Below, one piece after another: positions 40,206 through 49,352 of a DNA stretch of 64,000 nt. Each line of letters starts with the position of its first letter. Positions within the stretch are counted from its first letter, which is position 1. Source of the DNA: Rubrivivax sp. (lineage in GTDB: Bacteria > Pseudomonadota > Gammaproteobacteria > Burkholderiales > Burkholderiaceae_C); assembly GCA_044226255.1 (NCBI GenBank), contig JBGAHJ010000013.1, positions 67,313-131,312 on the forward strand. Direction: 5' to 3'. A program made the translations under genes and the position numbers. The notes beneath the pieces are model-generated. The model ran no database searches. It worked only from the letters and a program-made list of their open reading frames with translations, and had not been told where the DNA came from.

Positions 40206-40558
40206 GCACCACCCCGTCCGGCCTGCAGATCGAAGACCTCGTCGAGGGCAGCGGCGACACCGCCCAGGCCGGCCAGCGCGTGCGCGTGCACTACACCGGT
40301 TGGCTGTACGACCCCGCGGCCGACCGGAACCGCGGCCGCAAGTTCGACAGCAGCAAGGACCGCGGCCAGCCCTTCATGTTCGGCCTGGGCCAGGGCCAGG
40401 TGATCCGCGGCTGGGACGAAGGCGTGCAGGGCATGAAGGTCGGCGGCACGCGCGTGCTGACGATCCCGGCCGACCTGGGCTACGGCGCGCGCGGCGCCGG
40501 CGGCGTGATCCCGCCGAACGCGACGCTCGTGTTCGAGGTGGAACTGCTGGGCGTCTGA
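40202..40558 (+). CDS. FKBP-type peptidyl-prolyl isomerase
   Basis: [37 protein letters not shown]. Confidence 0.97.
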   Translation: MSTTPSGLQIEDLVEGSGDTAQAGQRVRVHYTGWLYDPAADRNRGRKFDSSKDRGQPFMFGLGQGQVIRGWDEGVQGMKVGGTRVLTIPADLGYGARGAGGVIPPNATLVFEVELLGV

Positions 40559-40642
40559 GCGCCTGACCCTGCCAGCCTAGGGGTGGCGGGGCGCGCGCGG
40601 GACGCTACCCTTCGGCGTTTGCCCCCAACGCCACTCCCGACG

Positions 40643-41200
40643 ATGGCCGAGATGACCGACCTGCTGCACGGCGTGCAGTCGGGCGATGCAGGTGCCGCCA
40701 GCCGGCTCTTCGAGCTGGTGTATGCCGACCTGAAGCGCATCGCGCACGCGCGCCTGTTCCGCAGCGGCGGCGTGGCGGAGCTGCACACCACCGCGCTGGT
40801 CCACGAGAGTTTCCTGCGCCTGGTGGACCGGGGGCTGCTGCAGGTGCACGACCGTAACGCCTTCTTCGGCTACGTCGGCCGCGTGATGCGCAGCGTGGTG
40901 GTGGACCACCTGCGCGAGCGCCTGGCCGAGAAGCGCGGCGGCGGCCAGGCGCTGGTGACGCTGACCACCGGCATCGAAGGCATCGCGGTGGGCGACGAAC
41001 AGATCCTCGCCATCCACGACGCGCTGCAGGCGCTGGAGCGCATCGCGCCGGCCTACCACCAGCTGATCGACATGCGCTACTTCGCCGGGCTGTCGGTGCG
41101 CGAGGTGGCCGAGCTGCGTGGCGTGTCCACGCGCAGCATCGAGCGCGAATGGGAGAAGGCCCGCGCCTTCCTCGTGCGCCTGATGGACGAAGCGGCCTGA
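40643..41200 (+). CDS. Kinase-associated ECF sigma factor (EcfK/EcfP-like)
   Basis: LFELVYADLKRIA, LHTTALVHE, MRSVVVDHLR, RYFAGLS, REWEKARAFL. Confidence 0.9.
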   Translation: MAEMTDLLHGVQSGDAGAASRLFELVYADLKRIAHARLFRSGGVAELHTTALVHESFLRLVDRGLLQVHDRNAFFGYVGRVMRSVVVDHLRERLAEKRGGGQALVTLTTGIEGIAVGDEQILAIHDALQALERIAPAYHQLIDMRYFAGLSVREVAELRGVSTRSIEREWEKARAFLVRLMDEAA

Positions 41201-41206
41201 TCGCCC

Positions 41207-44182
41207 ATGCCGGCCGCGCTGCACGCCCCACGCCTGCGCGACCTCAGCCCCGAGCAGGCGGCGCGCGCCGCCGAACTGCTCGACGAGGGCCTGGACCTTG
41301 CCCCGGGCGAGCGCGCGCACTGGCTGGACGTGCTCACCACGCTCGAGCCCGTGCTGGCGCCGGTGGTGGCGGCGCTGCTGAACAGCGCGGCCGATGCCGA
41401 ACCGCCCGAGACCGCGCAGCTGCTGGCGCGCCGCGTCGCGCAGCGCGCGGCCGAGGCGGTGGCCGGCGACACGGCGGAGGAACCCCCGCCTTCGCTGGAA
41501 GGCCGCCGCTTCGGGCCCTGGCGCGTGCTGCGCCTGCTGGGGCAGGGCGGCATGGGCGCGGTGTGGCTGGCCCGGCGCGACGACGGCCTGTTCGAACGCG
41601 AGGTGGCGCTCAAGCTCGTGCATGCCAGCTGGTACGGGCCGATGCTGCAGCAGCGCTTCGCGCAGGAGCGCCGCATCCTGGGTTCGCTGGAGCACCCGCA
41701 CATCGCGCAGCTGCTCGACGCCGGCGTCAGCGCCGACGGCCAGCCCTACCTGGCGCTGGAATACGTGGCGGGCGAGCCGCTGGACGTGTTCTGCGACAAC
41801 CGCCGCGCCAGCGTGGCGCAGCGGCTGCAGCTGGTGCTGCAGGTGCTGGGCGCGGTGCAGCACGCGCACCAGAACCTGGTGATCCACCGCGACCTCAAGC
41901 CGGCGAACATCCTGGTGACGGCCGACGGCCAGGTGCGGCTGCTCGACTTCGGCATCGCCAAGCTGCTGGCCGAGGACGGCGGCGAGGAAACCGAGATGAC
42001 GCGCCACGCCGGCCGCCCGCTGACGCCGCACTACGCCGCGCCCGAGCAGCGCGACGGCCGGCCGGTGGGCACCGCCAGCGACGTCTACGCTCTAGGCGTG
42101 GTGCTGTTCGAGCTGCTGTCGGGCCACCGCCTCGAGATGGTCGGCCCGCTGGCGCCGCGCATGAGCCGGCAGCGGCCGACGGCCGAGGCGGCGGCGGCAC
42201 GCGCCACCACGCCGGCGGCGCTGGTGCGCACGCTGGCGGGTGACCTCGACACCATCGTGCAGAAGGCCCTGAAGGCCGATCCGCAGGAGCGCTATCCCAC
42301 CGCCGACGCGCTGCGCCAGGACCTGCTGCGCCACCTGCACGGCCTGCCGGTGCAGGCGCGGCCGGCCAGCGCCGGCTACCGGCTGCGCAAGTTCATCGGC
42401 CGCCACCGCTGGCGCGTGGCCGCGGCCGCGGGCATGGTGCTGCTGCTGGTGGGTGCGGCCGGCGTCTCGCTGTGGCAGGCGCGCCAGGCGCGCGAGGCGC
42501 TGCAGCTGGCGCAGGCCGAGTCGCAGCGCGCGCAGGCGGTGCAGGGCTTCCTGCTCGACCTGTTCAACGCCAACTCGCTGCGCCAGCCCGATCCGCGCAA
42601 GGCGCGCCAGACCACCGCGCGCGAGCTGCTCGATGCCGGCGCCGCGCGCGCGGGCACGGCGCTGAAGGACACGCCGGTGGCGCAGGAGGCGGTGCTGGAC
42701 GCGCTGGCCAACCTGTACTTCCAGCTCGAGCTGCAGGGCGAGGCGGCGCGCCTGCGCAGCCAGCGCATCGTGGCGCTGGAACGCATCCACGGCGCCAACG
42801 CGCCGCGCGTGGCCGATGCGCTGCTGGACCTGGCGCACGACGTCGCCTCGTCGACCGGCGAGCGCGAGATCGGCGTCACGGCGCTCGCCAAGGCGCGTGC
42901 CATCGCCGACGCGGCGCCCGGCGCGTCCGAGGAACTGCACGGCTGGATCGACATCGAGACCGCGCGGGTCGCGCAGTACCTGTCCGTGCAGGCGATGCGC
43001 GGCGACGCCGACCGCGCGCTGTCGCGCTTCCGCGCGAACATGGTGCGCTGGACCAACCTGTTCCATGCCACGCAGATGGCGGCACGTGCCCGCTACCTGG
43101 CGGGCGACCAGGCCGGCGCGCAGGCCCTGAACCGCGAAGGGCTGGCGCTGGCGGAGCGGTACGAGCCGCAGACCGCCGCCTGGCGCAAGACACCCTGGGT
43201 GCACCTGGCCGAGTCGCAGATCGAGGCGCTGCAGTTCGCCGACGCCGAAGCCAACCTGCGCCGCGCCTGGGAGCTGGCGCTGCAGCAGGACGGGCCCGCC
43301 GGCAGCGTCACCTTGCAGACCCAGGCCAAGCTGGGCGGCCTGCTGCATGCCACCGGCCGCCGCGAGGAAGGCTGGCGGCTGCTGCAGGCGGCCATCGCCG
43401 CGCTCGACAACCCGCAGCTGCGGCTGCGGCCCGACGCCGAGGCCGCGATCCGGCGCTTCGGCGGCATGGCGGCCAATGCGCGCGGCGAGTTCGCGCGCGG
43501 CCTCGAGCTGCTGAACGGCGAGATCGAGGACCTGCGCACGCACTACCCGCGGCCGATCTCGCTGTCGCGCGCGCTGCTGCAGCAGTCGGTCTCGCTGACC
43601 GGCCTGCGGCGCCACGCCGAGGCGCGCGCCGCGCTCGACGAGGCGCTGACGCTGTGGCTGGGCGCTGCGGCCGACGGCGGTGCCGCGCCCTTCATGGCCA
43701 ACCGCTTCCACCTGCAGCTGGCGCGCGCGGCGCTGGCGAGCGGGGACGACGCGCAGGTGCTGCCGCAACTGCAGGCGCTGGCGCTGCCGGAGGCCGCGGC
43801 CCCCATGCTCGTGCTCGACGAGGTGCAGGCGCGCACGCTGCGGGCCGAGCTGGCGCTGAAGCAGGGCCAGCCCGGCGTGGCCGAGGCGCTGGCCACCGGC
43901 GCGCTGGCCCGCCTGCACGACAGCCAGCTGGCCGCGCACGCGCCCGACCTGGAGGCCGAGGCGCAGCGCCTGCTTGAGCGAGCGCGGGCGCCGCGTTCGG
44001 CGCGCGCCGGCCAGGAGTCTGGGCGGCAGAAATCGGCACCCGCGTTGGGCCGGGGCGCCCAGGGCCGCCGGCGGGTGTTGCGCCGCTTGCGCGGGCATGC
44101 AGCCCGCGCTGCGCGACCCGCCTACGCCAACAGCCCTGGGCGCCCCGGCGCGGGTGCCGATTTCTGCCGCCCAGACTCCTAG
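41207..44182 (+). CDS. Membrane Ser/Thr protein kinase with C-terminal TPR-like sensor; last ~56 codons derive from a MITE
   Basis: LGQGGMGAV, VALK, HRDLKPANIL, LLDFGIAK, TPHYAAPEQ; TM WRVAAAAGMVLLLVGAAGVSLW. Confidence 0.95.
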   Translation: MPAALHAPRLRDLSPEQAARAAELLDEGLDLAPGERAHWLDVLTTLEPVLAPVVAALLNSAADAEPPETAQLLARRVAQRAAEAVAGDTAEEPPPSLEGRRFGPWRVLRLLGQGGMGAVWLARRDDGLFEREVALKLVHASWYGPMLQQRFAQERRILGSLEHPHIAQLLDAGVSADGQPYLALEYVAGEPLDVFCDNRRASVAQRLQLVLQVLGAVQHAHQNLVIHRDLKPANILVTADGQVRLLDFGIAKLLAEDGGEETEMTRHAGRPLTPHYAAPEQRDGRPVGTASDVYALGVVLFELLSGHRLEMVGPLAPRMSRQRPTAEAAAARATTPAALVRTLAGDLDTIVQKALKADPQERYPTADALRQDLLRHLHGLPVQARPASAGYRLRKFIGRHRWRVAAAAGMVLLLVGAAGVSLWQARQAREALQLAQAESQRAQAVQGFLLDLFNANSLRQPDPRKARQTTARELLDAGAARAGTALKDTPVAQEAVLDALANLYFQLELQGEAARLRSQRIVALERIHGANAPRVADALLDLAHDVASSTGEREIGVTALAKARAIADAAPGASEELHGWIDIETARVAQYLSVQAMRGDADRALSRFRANMVRWTNLFHATQMAARARYLAGDQAGAQALNREGLALAERYEPQTAAWRKTPWVHLAESQIEALQFADAEANLRRAWELALQQDGPAGSVTLQTQAKLGGLLHATGRREEGWRLLQAAIAALDNPQLRLRPDAEAAIRRFGGMAANARGEFARGLELLNGEIEDLRTHYPRPISLSRALLQQSVSLTGLRRHAEARAALDEALTLWLGAAADGGAAPFMANRFHLQLARAALASGDDAQVLPQLQALALPEAAAPMLVLDEVQARTLRAELALKQGQPGVAEALATGALARLHDSQLAAHAPDLEAEAQRLLERARAPRSARAGQESGRQKSAPALGRGAQGRRRVLRRLRGHAARAARPAYANSPGRPGAGADFCRPDS
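44011..44182. mobile_element. Palindromic MITE/REP-like element flanked by CCAG/CTAG
   Basis: Perfect 32-bp inverted repeat 44013-44044 / 44149-44180, further nested arms (ccggggcgcccagggc; gcgcgggc hairpin); no coding capacity for a transposase. Confidence 0.7.
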
Positions 44183-47100
44183 ACCGGCTCGAACAGTGCC
44201 TCGGGCTGCGCCACCGGCGCGGCCATGCCACCCTGCCAGTCGGCGTTCATGCGGTCCTGCAGCTCGTCCAGCACCGGCCGCAGCGGCGCCACGGCCTTGG
44301 CCAGCTCGTCGCTGCCCAGCAGCGCGGACAGCCGCGGCGCATGGTCCAGCACGTAGTGCCGCACCAGGGTCTCGGTGACCGAGCTGGCGACGATGCCGGA
44401 GCGGTCGCCGCGTTCGAGCGTGAAGCGCAGGTGCATGCCGCCGGTGAAGCAGAAGGCCTCTTCCACGAGCCGGCCCGCGGCCGCCACAGCGGGCTCGGGC
44501 GCGCCCAGCAGGTGCAGCAGCGGCTGCAGCGCCTGCTCGAGCCGGCCGCGCCAGGCATCGAAGCGGCGCAGGTCGAGCAGCGACCAGGGGTCCTTCTGCA
44601 GGAAGGCGTCGGCCATCGCGTCGCCGTGGCGCTGGCGCAGGCGTTCGACCAGCGTGAACAGCATGTGCAGCACTTCGTGTACCGCGTGCTGCTGGGCGAC
44701 CGTCGGCGCCAGGCCGGCGAAGGCGGGCGCGTGCAGCGTGATGCTGCTGAACAGCGCATCGGCGTGGCGCCCCGCCACGGTGGCGGGGGATGCCGGCCGT
44801 GCGTCGATCCACAGCCGCACGCGGTGCTCGAAGGGCAGCGATGCGCCGTCGCGCCCACGCAGCTGCATCGCGATGCGCGCGGCCGGCGCCTGCCGGGCCA
44901 CGTGGCCCGCGCCGTCGATCAGGCCGTGGCCCTTCGGGAAGAAGTGCGTGCGCAGCAGCGAGATCGCGAAGCGCAGCAGCTCCGGCACGCCGCTGCGCGG
45001 CCGGCGCCGCAGCCAGGCCTCGGCGAGGCGCAGGCCCTGGTGGATGCGCGCCGCCGCATCGGCGGCGCTGCCGGCGCGAGGGGTTTCGTCCTCCGCTTCG
45101 GGCGGCTCGGCCTCGAAGTCGCCATCGGCCTCGGGCTCGTCGAACGACTCCCACTCGCGCGCCGCCGCCGGGGCCGGGGCGTCGAACACCAGCCGGCCCT
45201 GCGTGACGCGCACCACCGTGCGGCCTGCGTCCTGGTTGATCCACCGGCACAGCTCGGCCAGCGCCCGGGCGGTGAGTGCGCTGGCGCTGTTGTTGACCAC
45301 GCTCCCGTCGGCTTCGCGGCCACCGGGGCCGTGATGCACCGCCAGCAACTGCCAGACGCCGTCCTTCTGCTGCATCACCGGCGCGCCGCTCTGGCCGCTG
45401 AAGGTGTCGGCCATGTGGTGCACGGTGGCGCTCAGCTTCAGCACCGTGGCAGGCCCCAAGGCCTCCCACGCACGCGACGCCCACTGCCGCGGCTCGTCGC
45501 GCTGCGCCTTCGTCACCGCGTGCTGCAGGTCGGCCTCGCTGGCCTTGCCGGCGGCACGTTGCTTGCGCAGCAGGATGGTCTTGCCGCAGGTGTCGCCCGG
45601 GTAGCCGGCGACGGTGACGTCGCCGCTGGGCGCCTGGTCGAGGTCGAGCGCGCGCACTTCGGCCACGGCCGGGTCCTCGCCCCAGTAGCCCAGGCGCTTG
45701 AAGCGGGCGTGCGGCTTGGCCGCGAGGTCGCGGTCCAGCACCAGCAGCGCGTAGTCGGGGCTGACCTTGAAGCGGCGCGCGGCCTTGCCCACCTGCGGCA
45801 CCTCCACCGTGAAGCTGGCGGCCGGCAGCATCTTCTTCGCCCAGGCATCGGCCACCGGCGCCTTGCGGTTGTCGCCGCAACGCGCCGGCGTCACGCGGAT
45901 CTTCGTCACCGGCAAGCGGTAGGCGTCGCCGTCCACCCTGACCGGGCTCGGCTCGATCACATGGCGCGCGGTGAGCACGTGGCGCGGGCCGATCAGCAGG
46001 CCGGTGGCGCGCGTGTGGTCGTGGATCTGCGTGCCGCGTGGCAGCTCCGTGGTGTCGAAGAAGACGTCGAGGGCGCAGATCCAGCGGTGCGGCACCGCCA
46101 GCGTGTCGGCCACCAGCGTGCGCTGGTCGGTGCCGAGGATCTCGTCTTCCGTCTCGGGCCCGGCCGGCTCTTCGTGGTCGTCGAAGGCATGGCCGGCTTC
46201 GGTGTCGGCGGACCCGGGTTCGCCTTCGCCTTCGCCTTCGGGCTGTGGCTCTTCCTGCCATTCGACGAGCTCCAGCGTCGGCTCGGCTTCGCCGTCCAGT
46301 GCCTCGTGCACCAGCTCGAACCCGCCCGGCTCCGCCGTCTCTTCGGCGGCTTCGAGTTCGTCCAGCACCTCGCGCACCAGGCCCATCGGGCGGCTGTCGC
46401 GCGGGTAGCTGTCGGGGCGGTCGGTGTACCCGAGCCCGGGGTCGTTCAGCGTCATCCAGCCCCCTTCGGCGCGGGTGGCATGGTTGAAGGCCCAGCCGTC
46501 GAGCTGGCCGCTGCCGGCGGCGACGAAGTGCACCTGCTTGACGAGCGCGGTGTCGCCCAGCACGCGGCCTGCGGGCTGCGTGCGCGTGGGCACCACGTCC
46601 ACCAGTGCCACCGAGGTGGGGAAAACGAAGTTGCGGAGCTCCGGCTTCGGTGCCTTGCGCGTGGCCTGCCCGGGCACCGCCAGTGGCGTGGGGCCTTCCA
46701 GGCCGCCCAGCGTCATGCGCACGCCACGCTGCGTGTCCACGCCGCGCGAGGAGGTGAGCATGTGCAGCCAGCCGCGGTAGGCGCTGGCGAGGTTGCCCTG
46801 CTTCTCGGTGGACACCACCTTGCACAGGCCGGAGGAGATCAGCTGCACCAGGCGCGGGCCCTGCTTCGAGTCGGGCAGCTGGCCGTCGAGGTTGCAGGAG
46901 AAGTGGATGTCGCCGGAGACGATGGCCAGCGTGCGCAGCGATGAGCCGGCGCGCTGCAGCCGCTGCAGCAGGTCGCGGAACTGCGCCCACACCAGGTTGC
47001 TGACCGGGTGCTCGATGTCGGACTTGCGGCGGAACTCGTCGGTGGAGTCGGCCCCCGTCGCGAGCGCACCCACCCAGGGGTGCTGCATCGCGAACACCAG

Positions 47101-49335
47101 CGGCGCCGGCATCAGCAGCGGCACCGGCAGCACGATGAAGGCGCTGCGCGTGCGCGCGGCGCGCAGCGCGGTCTCCAGCCAGTCGAGCCGGGCCTTGCTC
47201 ATGCCGCCGCTGCCGTGCACGTCGCGGTCGGTGCGCAGGTCCAGCACGAGGAAGGGCGTGCCCGGCGTGGGCACGCGGAAGTGCCAGGCCAGCTGCGCGC
47301 CGCGCTGCGCCGGCGTGGCCTGCTTCGCGGTGGGCGCCACCGCGCGGTCGTGGATCAGCCGGCGCAGCTCGGGCAGCGCGTCATGGCCCTGGTGGCGGGC
47401 ACGTTCGAGGATCTGCACGCGCGGGTCGGCCGCGGCCACCGCGGGCGCCAGGTTGCCCCAGCCCTGGTACAGCCAGTAGGCGGCCAGCGCGTCGGTCATC
47501 GTGTGCGGCCACATGCGCAGCGGGTCGCGCTTGCTGTGCACGCAGGCCAGCCAGCCGGCATCGGCGTTCCAGTCGTCGGTGACCTCGTGGTCGTCGAAGA
47601 TCATGTAGTTGGGCAGGTGCGCCAGCCCGCGGCGCGCGCCGTGCACGGCCCAGGCCTGCTCGTAGGCGGCGGCGTACTCGGCGTAGTCGGCCAGGTGCAC
47701 GCCGCCGATGTCGCCGGCCGCCGGGTGCGGCAGGCGCACCTCGTGCGGCTGCGGCTTCTGCACGCGGAAGGTGGGCGCCTGCAGCAGGCCGCGGCGGGGG
47801 TCGACCTGCGGCACGTCGTCGGCGTTGATGGGCGGCTGCCACAGCAGCTGGTTCAGCACCTGCAGCTTCTGCGCGGCGGGCGCCGTGGCGCCGGCGAACA
47901 CCGCGGCCTGCGCCAACGCCGAACGCGCGTGCTGCACCAGCTTCTGAACGCGCGCCGGGTTCTGTGCGGTGTTGCGGCTGCGGTCGATCTCGTCGACGTC
48001 GCTCTGCGCGGTGGTCGACGGCTGCGGCAGCTTGCGCGGGACGATGCGCGACGCGAAGCGCCCGCCCCAGGCGCCGCGGAGCAGCACGTCGCCCTGCCGC
48101 GGCCCTGGCTCGGTGGCGCTGAAGCGCTGGCGCACCAGCTGACGGCCCAGGCGCACGCCGATGTCGTCGGCGTAGATCTGGTCGCCGGTGTGCATGAAGA
48201 ACTGCGGCCAGGCCGAGAGCTCCTGCGTCGCCAGGAAGTCGCTGCCGAAGCGCGCCAGCATGTCGGCGCCCTGCACCTGCTGGTGCTCGTCGGTGTCGCC
48301 CGGGTGCACGCGGCAGGAGCCGTGCGCGAAGCGCAGGCCCTCGCTGCTGGAAGGCAGCGTGCGCAGGTAGAGCCAGTGGCGGCCGGCCAGCGAGATCTGC
48401 GCCAGCGCCGAACGCTGCGCGGCGAGCGCCGGCGCCGGCAACTGGCGCGGGAATCGGGCTTCGGTGAAGTCGCCCTCGGTGCCCGGCAGCGGGCCGGTGG
48501 GCGGCTGCGGCGCGAGCTCCAGCGTGTACATCACCACGGCATCGGCCGGCAGTTCGTCCAGCGTCAGCATCGCGTAGTGGCGGCCGCCCACGCGCACGCT
48601 GCAGGTGTGGCGCGTGCGCAGGCTCGCCGGCTCGCTGCCGCTGGCGGGCTTCTTCCTGGCGTCGGGCGCGGGGCCGTACTGCACGCGCACCAGGCCCGGC
48701 GCGTTCAGCTCCAGCCAGATGCGGGCCTGACGGTCGTCGGTGTAGCGCACGACCGGGCCCAGGCGGATGGCCAGCGGCTGGGCCTGGAACACCACGAGGT
48801 TCGTGCCCTTGAGCCAGCGCACCGGGCGCCGCATCACGTGGTCGTGCTGGATGAACCGGAAGACGTGCGGGGCCTCGTCCTGCTGGCGCCGCGCCGCGTA
48901 GTCCTTCCAGAAGGCGCTGCGCGGGCCGGCGTCGGCGCTGTCGGCGGCGCGCCAGTCGAACAGGCTGCCGCCGTATTCCACGCCCGCCTCGTCCACCAGC
49001 AGCGCGGCGCCGCTGACGATGCTGCAGACGTGTCCCTCGACGTGGAAGCGGAAGGGCTTGCTGCGGTCGAAGGACTTCGCGCCCTGCACCAGCACGTCGG
49101 CCTCGCCGGCGTCCAGCGTGCCGCGCAGCACCAGCGAGCCCTGGTGCAGCGACCAGGCCACGCCCGAGAGCGGATCGCCCTTGGCGTCGACCACCCGCAC
49201 GCCGGATGCGGCGGTGGGCGGCATCGGCTGGGCCCTGGGCTCGGCCATCACCTGCTCGAAGGGCGAGGCCGCGGGCGGCGGCGCGCCGAGCAGCTCGCCG
49301 TCGATGAAGGGCGAATGCAGACCGGTTGTCTTCAC
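44179..49335 (-). CDS. ~1718-aa multidomain hydrolase: PhoD-like metallophosphoesterase + trypsin-like (glutamyl endopeptidase-type) protease + C-terminal HExxH domain
   Basis: GTG start with AGGAG RBS; HGSC, HTGDQIYADD, FDDHEVTDDWN, LDLRTDR, SGDIH; VLTARHV, DYALL, GQSGAP; HEVLH. Confidence 0.85.
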   Translation of the reverse strand: MKTTGLHSPFIDGELLGAPPPAASPFEQVMAEPRAQPMPPTAASGVRVVDAKGDPLSGVAWSLHQGSLVLRGTLDAGEADVLVQGAKSFDRSKPFRFHVEGHVCSIVSGAALLVDEAGVEYGGSLFDWRAADSADAGPRSAFWKDYAARRQQDEAPHVFRFIQHDHVMRRPVRWLKGTNLVVFQAQPLAIRLGPVVRYTDDRQARIWLELNAPGLVRVQYGPAPDARKKPASGSEPASLRTRHTCSVRVGGRHYAMLTLDELPADAVVMYTLELAPQPPTGPLPGTEGDFTEARFPRQLPAPALAAQRSALAQISLAGRHWLYLRTLPSSSEGLRFAHGSCRVHPGDTDEHQQVQGADMLARFGSDFLATQELSAWPQFFMHTGDQIYADDIGVRLGRQLVRQRFSATEPGPRQGDVLLRGAWGGRFASRIVPRKLPQPSTTAQSDVDEIDRSRNTAQNPARVQKLVQHARSALAQAAVFAGATAPAAQKLQVLNQLLWQPPINADDVPQVDPRRGLLQAPTFRVQKPQPHEVRLPHPAAGDIGGVHLADYAEYAAAYEQAWAVHGARRGLAHLPNYMIFDDHEVTDDWNADAGWLACVHSKRDPLRMWPHTMTDALAAYWLYQGWGNLAPAVAAADPRVQILERARHQGHDALPELRRLIHDRAVAPTAKQATPAQRGAQLAWHFRVPTPGTPFLVLDLRTDRDVHGSGGMSKARLDWLETALRAARTRSAFIVLPVPLLMPAPLVFAMQHPWVGALATGADSTDEFRRKSDIEHPVSNLVWAQFRDLLQRLQRAGSSLRTLAIVSGDIHFSCNLDGQLPDSKQGPRLVQLISSGLCKVVSTEKQGNLASAYRGWLHMLTSSRGVDTQRGVRMTLGGLEGPTPLAVPGQATRKAPKPELRNFVFPTSVALVDVVPTRTQPAGRVLGDTALVKQVHFVAAGSGQLDGWAFNHATRAEGGWMTLNDPGLGYTDRPDSYPRDSRPMGLVREVLDELEAAEETAEPGGFELVHEALDGEAEPTLELVEWQEEPQPEGEGEGEPGSADTEAGHAFDDHEEPAGPETEDEILGTDQRTLVADTLAVPHRWICALDVFFDTTELPRGTQIHDHTRATGLLIGPRHVLTARHVIEPSPVRVDGDAYRLPVTKIRVTPARCGDNRKAPVADAWAKKMLPAASFTVEVPQVGKAARRFKVSPDYALLVLDRDLAAKPHARFKRLGYWGEDPAVAEVRALDLDQAPSGDVTVAGYPGDTCGKTILLRKQRAAGKASEADLQHAVTKAQRDEPRQWASRAWEALGPATVLKLSATVHHMADTFSGQSGAPVMQQKDGVWQLLAVHHGPGGREADGSVVNNSASALTARALAELCRWINQDAGRTVVRVTQGRLVFDAPAPAAAREWESFDEPEADGDFEAEPPEAEDETPRAGSAADAAARIHQGLRLAEAWLRRRPRSGVPELLRFAISLLRTHFFPKGHGLIDGAGHVARQAPAARIAMQLRGRDGASLPFEHRVRLWIDARPASPATVAGRHADALFSSITLHAPAFAGLAPTVAQQHAVHEVLHMLFTLVERLRQRHGDAMADAFLQKDPWSLLDLRRFDAWRGRLEQALQPLLHLLGAPEPAVAAAGRLVEEAFCFTGGMHLRFTLERGDRSGIVASSVTETLVRHYVLDHAPRLSALLGSDELAKAVAPLRPVLDELQDRMNADWQGGMAAPVAQPEALFEPV

Positions 49336-49352
49336 GGCGGCTCCTGCGGCGT

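Noticed and set aside
42092-46990. 1632-aa minus-strand ORF and other very long overlapping ORFs (54358-57966 +, 44341-46944 +, 47008-49836 +, 57954-60047 -)
   Set aside because: Arg/Ala/Gly/Pro-rich shadow frames expected in high-GC DNA; they overlap genes with clear catalytic motifs.
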